Shown here piece after piece: positions 63,176 to 64,000 of a DNA stretch of 64,000 bases. A program made the translations under genes and the position numbers. Under the pieces are notes generated by a model, which was not told the DNA's origin, ran no database searches, and saw only the letters and a list, made by a program, of their open reading frames with translations. The DNA comes from an uncultured Desulfospira sp. (GTDB lineage Bacteria; Desulfobacterota; Desulfobacteria; Desulfobacterales; Desulfobacteraceae): assembly GCA_963663165.1 (NCBI GenBank), contig OY760175.1, forward strand, positions 160,001 to 224,000, written 5' to 3'. Numbering within the stretch: the first letter of the stretch is position 1; each line of letters starts with the position of its first letter.

Positions 63176-63218
63176 CTCTGTTCCCCCCATGCGCCGGTTG
63201 CCGCCGGCGTTTTGTTTT
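63135..63218 (+). ncRNA. Putative short antisense RNA unit (promoter + about 50 nt + terminator)
   Basis: TTGACA-17 nt-TATATT at 63135-63163; CGCCGG-TTGCCG-CCGGCG-TTTTGTTTT at 63192-63218. Confidence 0.55.
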
Positions 63219-63433
63219 TACATAAACGCAACGGGACCGCAGCCGTTGGAATCAAGGTTTTGCATATAACCTCTACGGAAAGGTAGACCATGTTTGTCTG
63301 CGAGATCGTTCCAACGGGATCGCCAGATTATGGGGGGGAGTTCTTCGATAACTTCTGTCCAGTCGGTTTCCGGGAACCGGCTTTCCAAAAATTTTCTTAC
63401 CGCTGATTTGGGATAATGAATTGCTAACGCCAT
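63218..63433 (-). CDS. Excisionase/AlpA-like small protein, possibly C-terminally short
   Basis: LPPII.R...G.....Y..NLDS.G.GP motif. Confidence 0.5.
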   Translation of the reverse strand: MALAIHYPKSAVRKFLESRFPETDWTEVIEELPPIIWRSRWNDLADKHGLPFRRGYMQNLDSNGCGPVAFM

Positions 63434-63608
63434 AAAAAAACCTCCTGTACCTTGCACTTGTGAAAGAAAATCAACCACAATGGCAGGATATAGGAGGTTT
63501 ATGATTATAAGGAGTGTCTAAGATTTTAAAAATTTATTTTGTCAGTGACAAAAGTATAGGTGTTTTTATTTGTCACCTTTGATTGGGTGCAATCCCATTT
63601 AGTCTAAC

Positions 63609-63785
63609 GTAAAAACCCTGGCCCTCTGGGCCAGGTCAGAGTGCAGTGGCTTTGCCATCTGTACGGCTCAATGCTACTCAATACTCGAAGTTGTCCCCAC
63701 AACGAGGAGTAAGGAGTAACAAATGAGCCGATTTAAAAAGCTATCACAGACAATATGGTGTTGCCAATATCATATTGTCTGGGTC
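63609..63785 (+). mobile_element. Left end of an IS200/IS605-family element
   Basis: Subterminal hairpin CCTGGCCC-TCT-GGGCCAGG (63617-63635), RBS AAGGAG and tnpA start. Confidence 0.75.
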
Positions 63786-63800
63786 AGTGCTGACGCATGA
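63723..63800 (+). pseudogene. tnpA: IS200/IS605 TnpA N-terminus, interrupted
   Basis: MSRFKKLSQTIWCCQYHIVWV, then unrelated SADA-stop instead of the expected PKYR. Confidence 0.75.
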
Positions 63801-64000
63801 ATAAAAAAAGGTTGGCTTTAGTCGATCTAACCACTCCCTTTGGGGGGAGATCCAGCCTTTTTTAATTCAAAAAGGCAGTCCTTCAGACACTGACTATGGC
63901 CGAAACGAAAGACGGTCCTTCGGTCCGAACATAGCGTTCCCACCTCTCTGCTTGGGAGAGTGTTTTCGATTACCCGTCCGTCGTTGCCGTCATACTAATC

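Larger units (their letters stand above)
50498..63600 (-). mobile_element. tRNA-Arg-integrated phage satellite-like element; right boundary beyond the window
   Basis: Abrupt switch to phage-type genes after the tRNA 3' end; replication module, terS and partial morphogenesis genes; no terL, portal or capsid. Confidence 0.8.

Noticed and set aside
50498..63600. Complete prophage, gene transfer agent or tailocin
   Set aside because: No terL, portal, major capsid, tube, sheath, baseplate or lysis genes in the visible part; a decayed prophage is still possible
63889..63912. Hammerhead-like CTGA...GAAA
   Set aside because: Lacks the CUGANGA core and a closing stem II

Overview
The window reads as the chromosome of an anaerobic deltaproteobacterium, most likely a sulfate reducer related to Desulfobacteraceae. 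This is inferred from gene content and order, not from a marker gene. Positions 1-50497 are mostly core genome: TetR, a cluster of secreted repeat proteins (VPLPG-CTERM, dockerin-like and cohesin-like), ftsY with a 12x30-bp coding repeat, pfp, a sigma54-type acs-MFS unit, clpX-like/ahbC/hemB/ahbD, the kdsA-kdsC-lptCAB-rpoN-hpf-ptsN-rapZ-gap-tpiA-secG-tRNA-Leu cluster, lepB-pyrB-pyrC, purA, tadA and three tRNAs. Several small repeat/MITE families sit in the intergenic spaces. From the 3' end of tRNA-Arg(ACG) (about 50498) to the window edge lies a compact integrated element with all genes on the minus strand. It looks like a phage satellite. It encodes an excisionase-like protein, a prim-pol with substituted catalytic motifs, a DnaB-N/AAA_25 helicase, a Nu1-like small terminase, an Ogr-like Zn ribbon, a duplicated scaffold-like motif protein, a DUF2190-like head decoration protein, its own tape measure protein and an SF2 helicase. 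It also carries an ori-like tract, a lambda-like cos site and a C4-like antisense RNA module. No large terminase, portal, major capsid, tail tube or lysis gene is visible. The integrase and second att site are not in the window; the right edge holds an IS200/IS605 tnpA interrupted by a second insertion. All family calls come from motif recognition by eye; no searches were run.
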